64,000 nucleotides of DNA, taken from assembly GCA_023404955.1 (NCBI GenBank), contig JAEXZY010000152.1, positions 8,716 to 72,715 of the forward strand. The letters run 5' to 3'. Below are positions 20,530 through 32,711 of the stretch, piece by piece. The notes beneath the pieces were generated by a model, which had not been told where the DNA came from, searched no databases, and saw nothing but the letters and a program-made list of their open reading frames with translations. Source of the stretch: Actinomycetes bacterium. Lineage in GTDB: Bacteria; Actinomycetota; Actinomycetes; Mycobacteriales; Mycobacteriaceae. The translations under genes and the position numbers were made by a program. Numbering within the stretch: position 1 is the first letter of the stretch; every line of letters begins with the position of its first letter.

Positions 20530-21649
20530 GTGAACAGTCCTCGACATTCCAGGGATCGGTGCGCACCGGAGACACGGTGACGGGCAGGTCGGCGAAGTGG
20601 TGACGCAACAGTGCGGCCGCCTGGCCACACCAGGGATATTCGCTGGCCCAGTGCGCGACGTCGACGAGCGCGACGTCGGATGTCCGCCGATGCTCGTCGG
20701 CGGGATGGTGGCGCAGATCCGCGGTCACGTACGCCTGCACGCCGGCACCTGCCACGTCGGCGAGCAGTGAATCTCCCGCACCTCCGCACAGCGCGACCCG
20801 GGACACCGTCGCGTCCGGGACGCCGGAGGCGCGCACCCCCCACGTCGTGGCGGGCAGACCGCGACGCACCCGAGCAACGAAGGCGCTCAACGGTTCTGGC
20901 TTGCCGAGTTCCGCGATCCGGCCCAGCCCGGTTCCGCCCGGCACTGATTCGACGGCGACGACGTCGAATGCTGGTTCCTCATAGGGGTGTGCCGCACGCA
21001 GCGCGGCGAGCACCGCCGCCCGGCGGGACCGCGGGGCCACCATCTCGACGCGATCTTCGTCGACCTGCTCGACGGTGCCGACCGCCCCGATGGCCGGGGT
21101 GGCTCCGGCGAGCGGCAGGAACTGACCGATCCCCGACACACTCCAACTGCACTGCGCGTAGTCACCGATCTGACCGGCCCCGGCGTCGAACATCGCGGCG
21201 CGCACCGTCGCGGCACTCTCGAGCGGAACGTAGACGCCCCACTTGTCCAGGGACGGGGCCGCCGGCTCGGGAGCCAGCACGTCGGTGACCGTCAGACCCA
21301 ATGCCTCGGCGAGGGCGTCGGAGACGCCAGGTGCGGCGCTGTCGGCATTGGTGTGCGCGGTGAACAGCGCGCGCCCGCTCCGGATCAGCGCATGCAGCAG
21401 CGAGCCCTTGGCGGTGTCGGCGGCCACGGTGTCCACGCCGCGCAGCAGCAGGGGATGGTGAGCGAGCAGCAGTCCCCGATCCGGCACCGTCGCCACCACC
21501 TCGGCCGTCGCGTCGACGGCGACGGTGACGGACTCGATCGGTTCCGCCGGATCTCCACAGACCAGGCCCACGGAATCCCAGCTCTGCGCCAGGCGGGGCG
21601 GATAGGCCGCGTCGAGCACGTCCATGACGTCGGCGAGACGCACTGTCAT
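20519..21649 (-). CDS. Nif3-like dinuclear metal protein (Rv2230c-like)
   Basis: [35 protein letters not shown]. Confidence 0.95.
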   Translation of the reverse strand: MTVRLADVMDVLDAAYPPRLAQSWDSVGLVCGDPAEPIESVTVAVDATAEVVATVPDRGLLLAHHPLLLRGVDTVAADTAKGSLLHALIRSGRALFTAHTNADSAAPGVSDALAEALGLTVTDVLAPEPAAPSLDKWGVYVPLESAATVRAAMFDAGAGQIGDYAQCSWSVSGIGQFLPLAGATPAIGAVGTVEQVDEDRVEMVAPRSRRAAVLAALRAAHPYEEPAFDVVAVESVPGGTGLGRIAELGKPEPLSAFVARVRRGLPATTWGVRASGVPDATVSRVALCGGAGDSLLADVAGAGVQAYVTADLRHHPADEHRRTSDVALVDVAHWASEYPWCGQAAALLRHHFADLPVTVSPVRTDPWNVEDCSHES

Positions 21650-21737
21650 CGCATCACCTCGGGACATGCCACATCACGACAGTAGTGCGCGGGTCCAGCC
21701 ACTCCGGGCATCAGGGACAATGGACCGCGTGACGGAC

Positions 21738-22415
21738 ATGGTTGACAGTGCTGCCCCGGTGACCCGGGTGCGCCGTGGCGATCTGGTCATCTTCGATCTG
21801 GACGGCACTCTGACCGATTCCGCCGAGGGCATCGTCGCCAGCTTCCGGCACGCTCTGGCAGCGATCGGCGCCCCGGTGCCCGAGGGTGACCTGGTGAGCC
21901 GCATCGTCGGTCCGCCGATGCGGCACACCCTGGAGTCGATGGGTCTGGGTGAGCGGGCCGGCGAGGCGATGGCCGCCTACCGCGCCGACTACACGACCCG
22001 GGGCTGGTCGATGAACCGCCCGTTCGCCGGCGTGCCGGAGCTGCTGACCGACCTGACCCGCGCGGGTGTCCGGCTGGCGGTGGCCACCTCGAAGGCCGAG
22101 CCCACGGCGCAGCGCATCCTGGCGCACTTCGACCTCGACGGCTTCTTCGAGGTCATCGCCGGCGCCAGCGTCGACGGCAGCCGCGCCGGCAAAGCCGACG
22201 TGGTGGCTCACGCACTCGCCCAGCTCACGCCGCTGCCCGACCGCGTCGTCATGGTCGGTGACCGCTCGCACGACGTCGAGGGCGCCGCCGTCCACGGTAT
22301 CGGCACGATCGTCGTCGACTGGGGCTACGGCAGCGCGGACTTCACCGCCTCGGAGAGCCCGGCCCTGGCCCATGTCGCCGACGTCGCGGCGCTGCGCGAG
22401 GTGCTGGGTGTCTGA
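21738..22415 (+). CDS. ptkA: HAD-family hydrolase (PtkA/Rv2232-like)
   Basis: FDLDGTLTDS, ATSK, VGDRSHD; start uncertain by a few codons. Confidence 0.85.
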   Translation: MVDSAAPVTRVRRGDLVIFDLDGTLTDSAEGIVASFRHALAAIGAPVPEGDLVSRIVGPPMRHTLESMGLGERAGEAMAAYRADYTTRGWSMNRPFAGVPELLTDLTRAGVRLAVATSKAEPTAQRILAHFDLDGFFEVIAGASVDGSRAGKADVVAHALAQLTPLPDRVVMVGDRSHDVEGAAVHGIGTIVVDWGYGSADFTASESPALAHVADVAALREVLGV

Positions 22416-22902
22416 CCAGCTGCACGTCACCTTCATCTGCTCGGGCAACATCTGCCGCAGCCCGATGGCCGAGAAGATGTTCGCCCACCAGCTGAATGAG
22501 CGCGGCCTGGCCGACGCGGTGCGCGTCACCAGCGCGGGCACCGGGCACTGGCACGAGGGCGAGCCGGCCGATCGCCGAGCCGGCGTCACGCTGCGCGAGC
22601 ACGGTTACCCGAGCGGGCACCGCGCCACCCAGATGACCGAGGACCACCTCGACGCCGACCTGGTGGTGGCACTCGGCCGGAACCATCTGCGCATGCTCTC
22701 CGAACGGGGCGTGCCGACGGATCGGCTGCGAATGCTGCGCTCGTTCGATCCGCGCTCGGGTAAGCACGCATTGGACGTCGACGATCCGTACTACGGAACC
22801 CAGGACGATTTCGAGGCCGTGTTCACGGTCATCGACGCCGCTCTGCCCGGCCTGCACGCCTGGGTCGACGAGCAGCTGGCCGAGCGGCGGCAGGCGGGCT
22901 AG
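22408..22902 (+). CDS. ptpA: Low-molecular-weight protein tyrosine phosphatase
   Basis: CSGNICRS P-loop, DPYYG; GTG start. Confidence 0.95.
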   Translation: MSDQLHVTFICSGNICRSPMAEKMFAHQLNERGLADAVRVTSAGTGHWHEGEPADRRAGVTLREHGYPSGHRATQMTEDHLDADLVVALGRNHLRMLSERGVPTDRLRMLRSFDPRSGKHALDVDDPYYGTQDDFEAVFTVIDAALPGLHAWVDEQLAERRQAG

Positions 22903-22904
22903 GT

Positions 22905-23711
22905 ATGCGCCGGCTCGCCTTTCTCCTGCGCCCGCAGTGGCTGGCGCTCTACGTCGTGGTGATCGCCTTCGCCTATCTGTGCTTCACCGTGCTCGCGCCG
23001 TGGCAGCTGCACAAGAACACCAAGACGTCCCGGGAGAACGCCCAGATCTCGGCGTCGCTCAACGCCGACCCGGTGCCGCTGACGACGCTTCTGCCGCACC
23101 AGGATTCATCGGCCCCGGACGACCAGTGGAAGCGCGTGACCGCGACCGGTAGGTATCTGCCCGATAGGCAGGTGGTGGCCCGGTTGCGGGTGATCGACGG
23201 CGATCCCGCGTTCGAGGTGCTGGTGCCCTTCGCCGTCGAGGGTGGCCCCACCGTGCTGGTGGATCGGGGCTATGTGAAACCGGTGACGGGCTCCGCGGTG
23301 CCCGACATCGCCCCGGCACCGACCGAGCGGGTCACGATCACGGCCCGGCTGCGGGAGCCCGAAGGCGTCGCCGTCGGCAAGGAGCCGTTCCGGGACGCCG
23401 GTGTGCAGCAGGTGTATTCGATCAATCCCGGCCAGATCTCGTCATTGATGGGCGTTCCGTTGGCGGGGGCATACCTGCAGCTGGTCGAAGACCAGCCGGG
23501 CGGTCTGGGCGTCGTGCCGCTGCCGCGGCTGGAGGCCGGGCCGTTCCTGTCGTACGGCATCCAGTGGATCGCGTTCGGCATCATCGCCCCGATCGGGGTG
23601 GGCTACTTCATCTACGCCGAGGTGCAGGCGCGTCGACGGGAGAAGGCCGCACCGGCCGAGCCGGTCACACCCGAGGAGAAGCTGGCCGACCGCTACGGCC
23701 GGCGACGCTGA
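22905..23711 (+). CDS. SURF1 family membrane protein (Rv2235-like)
   Basis: LAPWQL, VLVDRG, SYGIQWIAF. Confidence 0.92.
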   Translation: MRRLAFLLRPQWLALYVVVIAFAYLCFTVLAPWQLHKNTKTSRENAQISASLNADPVPLTTLLPHQDSSAPDDQWKRVTATGRYLPDRQVVARLRVIDGDPAFEVLVPFAVEGGPTVLVDRGYVKPVTGSAVPDIAPAPTERVTITARLREPEGVAVGKEPFRDAGVQQVYSINPGQISSLMGVPLAGAYLQLVEDQPGGLGVVPLPRLEAGPFLSYGIQWIAFGIIAPIGVGYFIYAEVQARRREKAAPAEPVTPEEKLADRYGRRR

Positions 23712-24633
23712 CGGCGGCCGCCGCCGCGGCGACCTGAACGGCCCGCGACAGCCGCACGGCCCGCCGGAGGTCACCGGCACCAGGCACCCGTCCGGCGCCC
23801 AGGGTGGGACGAATCTCGAGTTCATGCGCGTAGTGTGTCGGCCCACCCAGCTGAATTCCCAACGCCCCCGCGAACGACGCTTCGGCCACGCCGGCATTGG
23901 GGCTGGGATGCCGGGCCGCGTCGCTACGCCAGGCCCGGATCGCCCCGACCGGAGACCCACCCACCAGCGGTGCGCACACGACGACCAGCAGGCCCGTCAG
24001 CCGGGCCGCGGCCAGGTTCAGCAGGTCGTCGAACCGTGCTGCCGCCCAGCCGAATCGGCGATACCGCGGCGACTTGTTGCCCACCATCGCGTCCAGGGTG
24101 TTCGCCGCGCGGTACAGCAGCACCCCAGGTGCGCCGCCGACGGCCGCCCACAGCAGGGGGCCGACCTGCGCGTCGGAGGTGTTCTCCGCGATCGACTCAA
24201 GCGCGGCACGGGCGAGTCCCGCAGCATCGAGCACCGAGGGGTCGCGGCCGCACAGAGACGGCAGCAGCTCCCGCGCGGCGGCGAGATCACCCGCGTCCAG
24301 CAGGTCGGCCATCCGGTCGCCCGTGCGGGCCAGCGACGTCCCGCCCAGCGCGGTGAACGTGGCCGCCGCGACCCAGACGACCTCGGCGACGGCGCTGCGC
24401 CGGCTCAGGCGCCCCACACCGGCGGCCGTCAGCGTCACGGCGGCGAGCAGCGCGCCGGCATACCCCACGCCCGCGGCGCGGCTGTCCGCGTAGAGCTGAC
24501 GCTCGAGCGCTGCTGCGGTGCGGCCGAACACCGCCACCGGATGGCCGCGCCGCGGGTCGCCGAAGGCGGCGTCGGCGAGCACGCCTACGGCGATCCCTGC
24601 GGCGCGGCAGCGGCTGACTGGTGCGAACACCAC
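23665..24633 (-). CDS. cobD: Cobalamin biosynthesis protein CobD/CbiB
   Basis: GDP...HPV, ESIAENTSD, YRAANTLDAMVG, HPSPNAG. Confidence 0.95.
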   Translation of the reverse strand: MVFAPVSRCRAAGIAVGVLADAAFGDPRRGHPVAVFGRTAAALERQLYADSRAAGVGYAGALLAAVTLTAAGVGRLSRRSAVAEVVWVAAATFTALGGTSLARTGDRMADLLDAGDLAAARELLPSLCGRDPSVLDAAGLARAALESIAENTSDAQVGPLLWAAVGGAPGVLLYRAANTLDAMVGNKSPRYRRFGWAAARFDDLLNLAAARLTGLLVVVCAPLVGGSPVGAIRAWRSDAARHPSPNAGVAEASFAGALGIQLGGPTHYAHELEIRPTLGAGRVPGAGDLRRAVRLSRAVQVAAAAAAVSVAGRSGRPASPRV

Positions 24634-24666
24634 GGCAGCTTGTCACATCGGTGTCAGACTGTGCCC

Positions 24667-26376
24667 ATGGCCGACGTGATCGTCACCGCAGGAACCGTCA
24701 TCACCATGGACGAGGCAGTGCCGCGCGCACAGGCCGTCGCCGTGTCGGGCGGGCGCATCGTCGCGGTCGGCAGCGTCGACGAGTGCCGGGCCGCGTTGCC
24801 GGATGCCGAGGTGGTCGACACGGGGGTGGCCGTACTGGCGCCGGGATTCGTTGAGCCGCACAGCCATCCGCTGATCAGCGGGATCGCCACCGAAGCCCCC
24901 GCCCGCTCGATCGCGCCGTGGGTCGCGACGTCGTGGGCGCAGGTGCAGCAGATCTTCGCCGACGCACTGGCCGACACCGATCCCGAGACCCCGCTGTGGT
25001 TCGCCGGTTACGACGCGCTGCTGCACGGACATCCGTCACCCAAGGCCGGCGAACTCGACGACATCTTCGGTGAGCGCATCGCCGTCGTCACCGACAACTC
25101 CGGGCACGGCGTGTATTTCAACTCCGCCGTGATCCGCGCCCACGGATGGGACACCGATCCGCCGGCCGATCCCGTCGCGGGCCGATTCGGCCGCAATGAC
25201 GACGGAACACTGAACGGACAGGGTTTCGAGCTCCCCGTCGTCACGGCGGTGACGATGCCGCTGCTGACGAAGATGGGTGACCCGCTGGCGTCGGCGGCGA
25301 ACTACTACGCGCTGATGTCGCGCGGTGGGTACACCTCTACGTCGGACATGACCTACGACCCGAAGTTCGCCGCGGGATACGAGGCGCTCGCGGCGGCACC
25401 GTCCTGCCCGCTGCGGGTGAGCATGTGGGAGATGTCGGTCACCGAGACTTATTGGGAACCGACCGCATTCACCGCCGGTGGGGACTGGCTGACCAAGTCG
25501 GGGGTGAAGCTCTGGACGGACGGATCGCCGTGGGTGGGCAACATCGCGATCTCGTTTCCCTACCTCGACACCGACGCCACCCGCACCGCAGGCATCGACC
25601 CCGCCGTCGCCGGCGGTGCGCACTCGATGAACTACAGCCGCGAACAGCTCGACGCGATCCTCGACAAGGCCGCGCCGGCGGGATGGCAGATGGCCTTCCA
25701 CGCCAACGGCGATCTGGCGCTGGATCTCGCGCTGGACGCGTACGAGGACGCGCTGGCGCGCCACGGCCTGCTGGGCACCGACCATCGCTGGCGACTGGAG
25801 CACTGCGGGGCCGGAACCCGGGCACACTTCGATCGCGCGGCCCGCCTCGGGGTGCACGTGTCGATGGCCCCGTTCCAGTACTACTACTGGGGCGAGCTGC
25901 TCGACGGCGCGATGTTCTCCTCCGAGTACGGGGCGCGATGGGCGGCGTTCGCCGACGCCGTCGACGCCGGGGCGTGCGTCTCGCTGCACAACGACGGGTC
26001 GGTGTCGCCGCCGACGCCGATCGTCAACATCGCGACCGCGGTGACCCGGCGTACCCGCAACGGCACGGTGCACTGTCCGGAACAGGTGATCTCGCTGGAT
26101 CAGGCGTGGCGCGCCCAGACGATCGACGCGGCGCGCACTCTGCGCCGCGACCATCTCGTCGGGTCGGTAAGTCCTGGCAAGCTCGCCGATTTCGTGGAGT
26201 TGACGGCGGACCCGTGGGAGATCGAGCCGACCGCGCTGATCGACACCGTGCAGGTGACGGGGACCTGGTTGGGCGGGCGTCGGATCGACCTCGACGAGTT
26301 CGTCGGCGCCGTGCGTGCCGGCGACAACACCGAACATGCGCACCTGGCCGAGCGGAAGACCACCGGCTGCTGCTGA
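24667..26376 (+). CDS. Metal-dependent amidohydrolase (YtcJ-like)
   Basis: PGFVEPHSH, KLWTDG, FHANGD, RLEHC, GKLADF. Confidence 0.9.
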   Translation: MADVIVTAGTVITMDEAVPRAQAVAVSGGRIVAVGSVDECRAALPDAEVVDTGVAVLAPGFVEPHSHPLISGIATEAPARSIAPWVATSWAQVQQIFADALADTDPETPLWFAGYDALLHGHPSPKAGELDDIFGERIAVVTDNSGHGVYFNSAVIRAHGWDTDPPADPVAGRFGRNDDGTLNGQGFELPVVTAVTMPLLTKMGDPLASAANYYALMSRGGYTSTSDMTYDPKFAAGYEALAAAPSCPLRVSMWEMSVTETYWEPTAFTAGGDWLTKSGVKLWTDGSPWVGNIAISFPYLDTDATRTAGIDPAVAGGAHSMNYSREQLDAILDKAAPAGWQMAFHANGDLALDLALDAYEDALARHGLLGTDHRWRLEHCGAGTRAHFDRAARLGVHVSMAPFQYYYWGELLDGAMFSSEYGARWAAFADAVDAGACVSLHNDGSVSPPTPIVNIATAVTRRTRNGTVHCPEQVISLDQAWRAQTIDAARTLRRDHLVGSVSPGKLADFVELTADPWEIEPTALIDTVQVTGTWLGGRRIDLDEFVGAVRAGDNTEHAHLAERKTTGCC

Positions 26377-26378
26377 CG

Positions 26379-27275
26379 CTATCGCGGTGTGTACGCACCG
26401 CCTGCGATGTCGTCGACCAGCGTCGGTCCGGTCGGCGTCCACCCCAGAAGTTGTTGCGTCGCAACGCTTGTCCCGGCCATGTCGACGCTGAAGAAGGGGC
26501 CGATCCAGCCGAAGTGCTCACTGACGTCGCCGTGCGGGATCGCGACGACCGGAAGGTCGAACGCCCGCCCGATCGCCTCGGCGATCTCGCGACTCGGGAT
26601 CCCCTCTTCGGCGACGGCATGGAGGCGGGCACCGGCGGGCGCCTTGTCGAGACCGAGGACGACCATGCGTGCGGCGTCGGCGACGTGCACGGCGGCCCAC
26701 CGGTTCTGCCCGTCGCCGGGATAGCCCGACAGTCCCCGCTCGCGCGCGACCTGACACAGCGTGCTGATGAAGCCGTGGTCACCGGTGCCGTGCGTGGTGG
26801 GCGAGAAGCGCAGCGCCACGGACCGGACACCGCGATCGGCGTAGTCGAGGCACAGGTTCTCGCTGCCGCCGCGCGGTGACTCCGGGCCGTGGAAGGGCGA
26901 CGGGTCGTCCTCGGTGGCGGGCCGCCCCTCGGCCAGACTCAGTAGCCCTGACGCCAACAGGAACGGCTTGCCGGTGTCGGCCAGCGCGTCGCCGATGGTC
27001 TTCGCCGCGGCTCGTTCGGTGGCGTTGTTGGCGGCCATGTTCGCCCAGTCGTGCTTGTTGGCGAGGTGGATCACGGCGTCGGCGGCTCGGGCGCCGGACC
27101 GGATCGCATCCAGATCGTCGAGGTCGCCGCGCACCACCCTCACCCCTTTCTTTTCGAGAGCGGCGGCCGACGCGTCGGAGCGGGCCAGACCCGCGACGTC
27201 ATGGCCGGCACTGGAGAGTTCGTCGACGACGGCGCTGCCGATCCATCCCGATGCTCCCGTGACAAAAACCTGCAT
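26379..27275 (-). CDS. Atypical SDR / NAD-dependent epimerase-like oxidoreductase
   Basis: VFVTGASGWIG, GLARS, VHVADAA. Confidence 0.9.
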   Translation of the reverse strand: MQVFVTGASGWIGSAVVDELSSAGHDVAGLARSDASAAALEKKGVRVVRGDLDDLDAIRSGARAADAVIHLANKHDWANMAANNATERAAAKTIGDALADTGKPFLLASGLLSLAEGRPATEDDPSPFHGPESPRGGSENLCLDYADRGVRSVALRFSPTTHGTGDHGFISTLCQVARERGLSGYPGDGQNRWAAVHVADAARMVVLGLDKAPAGARLHAVAEEGIPSREIAEAIGRAFDLPVVAIPHGDVSEHFGWIGPFFSVDMAGTSVATQQLLGWTPTGPTLVDDIAGGAYTPR

Positions 27276-27293
27276 GATGACCCCTTGTCCGAG

Positions 27294-27353
27294 TGATGTC
27301 AGTTGCTGACATCTGACGCTACACCTGAAGTCAGTCACTGTCATCACTACACT
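27294..27353. promoter_or_regulatory. Two TetR operator-like palindromes and leaderless -10
   Basis: GATGTCAG-ttg-CTGACATC (27295-27313), TGAAGTCAG-tca-CTGTCATCA (27326-27346), TACACT at 27348-27353. Confidence 0.75.
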
Positions 27354-27360
27354 CTGGCCC

Positions 27361-27975
27361 ATGGCGAGGTGGGAGCCCGGCACAGCGGAGAAGCTGCAGG
27401 ACGCGGCTCTCGAGTTGTTCGCGGCCCGCGGGTACGAGCAGACGACCGCGACGGAGATCGCGCAGGCCGTCGGGCTCACCGAGCGCACGTTCTTCCGTCA
27501 CTTCAGCGACAAACGGGAAGTCCTGTTCGGCGGCCAGCAGTCACTGATCGACGCCTTCCTGGCCGGCCTCGACGGCGCACCCGCCACCGCGACGCCGATC
27601 GAGCTGGCGGTCCGTGCGCTGCGTTCGTCGGCGGGCTTCTTCGACGACGAGCGCCGTGCGTGGTCTCGCAAGCGCCAGTCCGTCATCGACGCCAACCCCG
27701 CGCTTCAGGAGCGCGAAGCGCTCAAGCTCGTGGGAATCGGACGCGCCCTCGCCGAAGCGCTGCGCGCTCGCGGAGCCGACGGCGTCGCCGCAGAGGTCGC
27801 GGCTCAGATCGCGACGATGGCGTTCGGCATCGCGTTCACGCAGTGGATCGCCGACGACGAGGAGCGCTCGTTCGGAGACATCGCGATGGACGTCGTCCGC
27901 GGCGTGGGCGCCGTCGCGGGAGAACTCGAGACAGTGGGCGCGGACGGTATCGAACCGCCGACCGCTGGTGTGTAA
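27361..27975 (+). CDS. TetR family regulator
   Basis: IAQAVGLTERTFFRHFSDK HTH; divergent from SDR. Confidence 0.92.
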   Translation: MARWEPGTAEKLQDAALELFAARGYEQTTATEIAQAVGLTERTFFRHFSDKREVLFGGQQSLIDAFLAGLDGAPATATPIELAVRALRSSAGFFDDERRAWSRKRQSVIDANPALQEREALKLVGIGRALAEALRARGADGVAAEVAAQIATMAFGIAFTQWIADDEERSFGDIAMDVVRGVGAVAGELETVGADGIEPPTAGV

Positions 27976-28006
27976 AACCAGAGCTCTACCACTGAGCTAC
28001 GCGCCC
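27935..28006 (-). tRNA. tRNA-Val(TAC), CCA not encoded
   Basis: GGGCGCG TAGCTCAGTGGTAGAGC T CTGGT-TTTACAC-ACCAG CGGTC GGCGG-TTCGATA-CCGTC CGCGCCC A cloverleaf. Confidence 0.97.
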
Positions 28007-28054
28007 GATCCCGGGCAGCATAATCGGCCACGCTGGGGAACCTGAAATCCGCGC

Positions 28055-28516
28055 TCAGTCGCGTACAGCCGCCAACGCCGCGCTCCACACCGCCTGATCG
28101 CGTGCCTCCCCCGGCTCCCTGCAGTCCGCGAAGCGCACCACCCCGGAGCGGTCGACGGCGAAGGTGCCCCGGTTGGCGAATCCTGATGCGTCGTTGAAGA
28201 CCCCGTACGCCTGGCTCACCGCGCCGTGCGGCCAGAAATCCGACAGCACCGGGAACGTGAATCCACGCTGGGCCGCCCACACCTTGTGCGTCGGCGACGG
28301 TCCGACCGAGATCGCCAGCGTCGCCGTCGTCTCGTCGACGAAGTCGTCGAGGTGATCGCGGATCTCGTCGAGTTCGCGCTGACAGATCCCGGTGAACGCC
28401 AGCGGGAAGAACACCAGCAGCACGTTCTTGGCGCCGCGGAACGCGCTCAGCGTCACCCGCTGGTTGTTCTGGTCGGCAAGCGTGAAGTCCGGCGCTGAAG
28501 CAGCGACCTGGATCAT
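28055..28516 (-). CDS. ahpE: 1-Cys peroxiredoxin AhpE
   Basis: FFPLAFTGIC, SDFWPHG. Confidence 0.93.
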   Translation of the reverse strand: MIQVAASAPDFTLADQNNQRVTLSAFRGAKNVLLVFFPLAFTGICQRELDEIRDHLDDFVDETTATLAISVGPSPTHKVWAAQRGFTFPVLSDFWPHGAVSQAYGVFNDASGFANRGTFAVDRSGVVRFADCREPGEARDQAVWSAALAAVRD

Positions 28517-28551
28517 CGCTTCTGCGGTCGGCTCTTCGCGCGAGCGCTCAT
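28513..28551 (-). repeat. MIRU-like intergenic unit with 12-aa bridging ORF
   Basis: ATGAGCGCTCGCGCGAAGAGCCGACCGCAGAAGCGATGA; ATGA overlaps with both neighbours. Confidence 0.6.
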
Positions 28552-28973
28552 CGCCGGCCGGCGGCCTTGGACTTCGGCTGAACCAGCCTGCTCGCGATCC
28601 AGTCGCCGAGGTTCGCCGAGGAGGTCTGCATCAACCCGGCCGTCGGCGCGGACTCGGCGATTTCGGCGGGCTGCACATGGCCGGGCTTCCCCGTCTTCGG
28701 AGTGACCACCCAGACGACGCCGTCGTCGGCCAGCGGGGTGATCGCGTCCATCAACCTGTCCACGAGATCGCCGTCGTCGTCGCGCCACCACAGCAACACG
28801 ACGTCGACCACCTCGTCGGCGTCCTCGTCGAGGAGCTCACCACCGCATTCGTCTTCGATGTCGGCGCGGATGTCGTCATCGACATCGGAGTCCCAGCCCA
28901 GTTCCTGCACAACCTGATCTTTTTGGATGCCCAGCTTGCGGGCGTAGTTCGGGGGGTCACCCGCCGACACCAC
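28548..28973 (-). CDS. DUF3052 protein (Rv2239c-like)
   Basis: VVQELGWD, LLWWRDDDGDLVD, TPKTG. Confidence 0.9.
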   Translation of the reverse strand: MVSAGDPPNYARKLGIQKDQVVQELGWDSDVDDDIRADIEDECGGELLDEDADEVVDVVLLWWRDDDGDLVDRLMDAITPLADDGVVWVVTPKTGKPGHVQPAEIAESAPTAGLMQTSSANLGDWIASRLVQPKSKAAGRR

Positions 28974-29087
28974 GGTCAGTCCTCCTTGCGCCTAGTCGGC
29001 ACGCTGTGCGCTGTGCCACGTTTGTCCACTATCGTCGCACGCCGGGGGGCCACGGCAACCCACCCGGCGACATCCGACGCGAGAGCG

Positions 29088-29648
29088 TCACCGATAGGCC
29101 GCATCGCAGCGATCCAGCGCGGTGGTCTTCGAGTCGTTCAGCTGCGCGATCGCGGAGTTGAAATCCTCGGCCGGATAGTTCCCCGCAATCGCCGTCGCAA
29201 CCCCTCGAGCTGCATCGACCCAGCCGTTCAGCGCATCGCGCAGCTCCGGGGGCAGCGTGTCGGTCATGCTGCCGGACACGAGGTCGGCACTCTGGTTCAG
29301 CGCGTCGACAGCCGCCTGGGCCTTGCCGTCGGCCCCCACCGGATCGGTGTTGAACGCATCGACGTAGGTGTTGACGGAGCCGATGGCGTCGGCGCTGCTG
29401 GTGCTCATCGCCTCGCACGACGTGTGCACCGCTTCCGTCGTCATCGAGGTCTGACGTTCCGCCTCGCGTGCCGACGAACTCGCCGCGGACTCCTGAAGCG
29501 ACGCCGACACCGACGCCCGATACAGCGGTGCCTCTCCCGGGGGAGCCGACGCCTCTCCGTTGGTGACGTTCGTGCAGCCGACGACGATCATCGCCAGCGC
29601 AGCGGCAGAACCGGTCGCGAACGCAGCTCGCCGCCCACCGATACGCAC
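29088..29648 (-). CDS. Putative lipoprotein (Rv2240c-like)
   Basis: Lipobox IVVGC, paired Cys, synteny upstream of aceE. Confidence 0.8.
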   Translation of the reverse strand: MRIGGRRAAFATGSAAALAMIVVGCTNVTNGEASAPPGEAPLYRASVSASLQESAASSSAREAERQTSMTTEAVHTSCEAMSTSSADAIGSVNTYVDAFNTDPVGADGKAQAAVDALNQSADLVSGSMTDTLPPELRDALNGWVDAARGVATAIAGNYPAEDFNSAIAQLNDSKTTALDRCDAAYR

Positions 29649-29824
29649 GGTCTGCAGACGTTACCGGCCAACCGCTGGGCTGGGTGTACTAAATGCAACC
29701 GTTCGCGTGCGGCCCTGCGTTTGCGGCAGGATGGGACGAGGATGTAACCCACCGTGCACGGCGCGAAGCGAGCAGACCCACTCGACGGACCGCGTGTGCT
29801 CCACCGCCTGACAAGGAGCGGAAG

Positions 29825-32601
<2,777 letters not shown>

Positions 32602-32614
<13 letters not shown>

Positions 32615-32671
32615 CGACGACATTGGGTACGGAGTCGCGTAGCCGACGACATTGGGTACGGAGTCGCGTAG
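32602..32671. repeat. Tandem repeat, 28/29-bp unit, about 2.5 copies
   Basis: CGGAGTCGCGTAG(C)CGACGACATTGGGTA at 32602 and 32630, partial copy at 32659. Confidence 0.92.
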
Positions 32672-32711
32672 AACTGGAGGCTCCCTACAAACAGGGGCGT
32701 AGATTTTAGGG

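Noticed and set aside
24634..24666. Cobalamin riboswitch or GlnR box upstream of cobD/amidohydrolase
   Set aside because: Only 33 bp; no B12-box and no AC-N9-AC match at the candidate site
23824..24666. Long N-terminal extensions in the ORF track (amidohydrolase, ptpA, permeases, glpD, azlC)
   Set aside because: They overlap neighbouring real genes; starts reassigned by RBS, -10 or stop-start overlap
24634..28006. Integrative element at tRNA-Val
   Set aside because: No integrase and no duplicated tRNA 3' end seen
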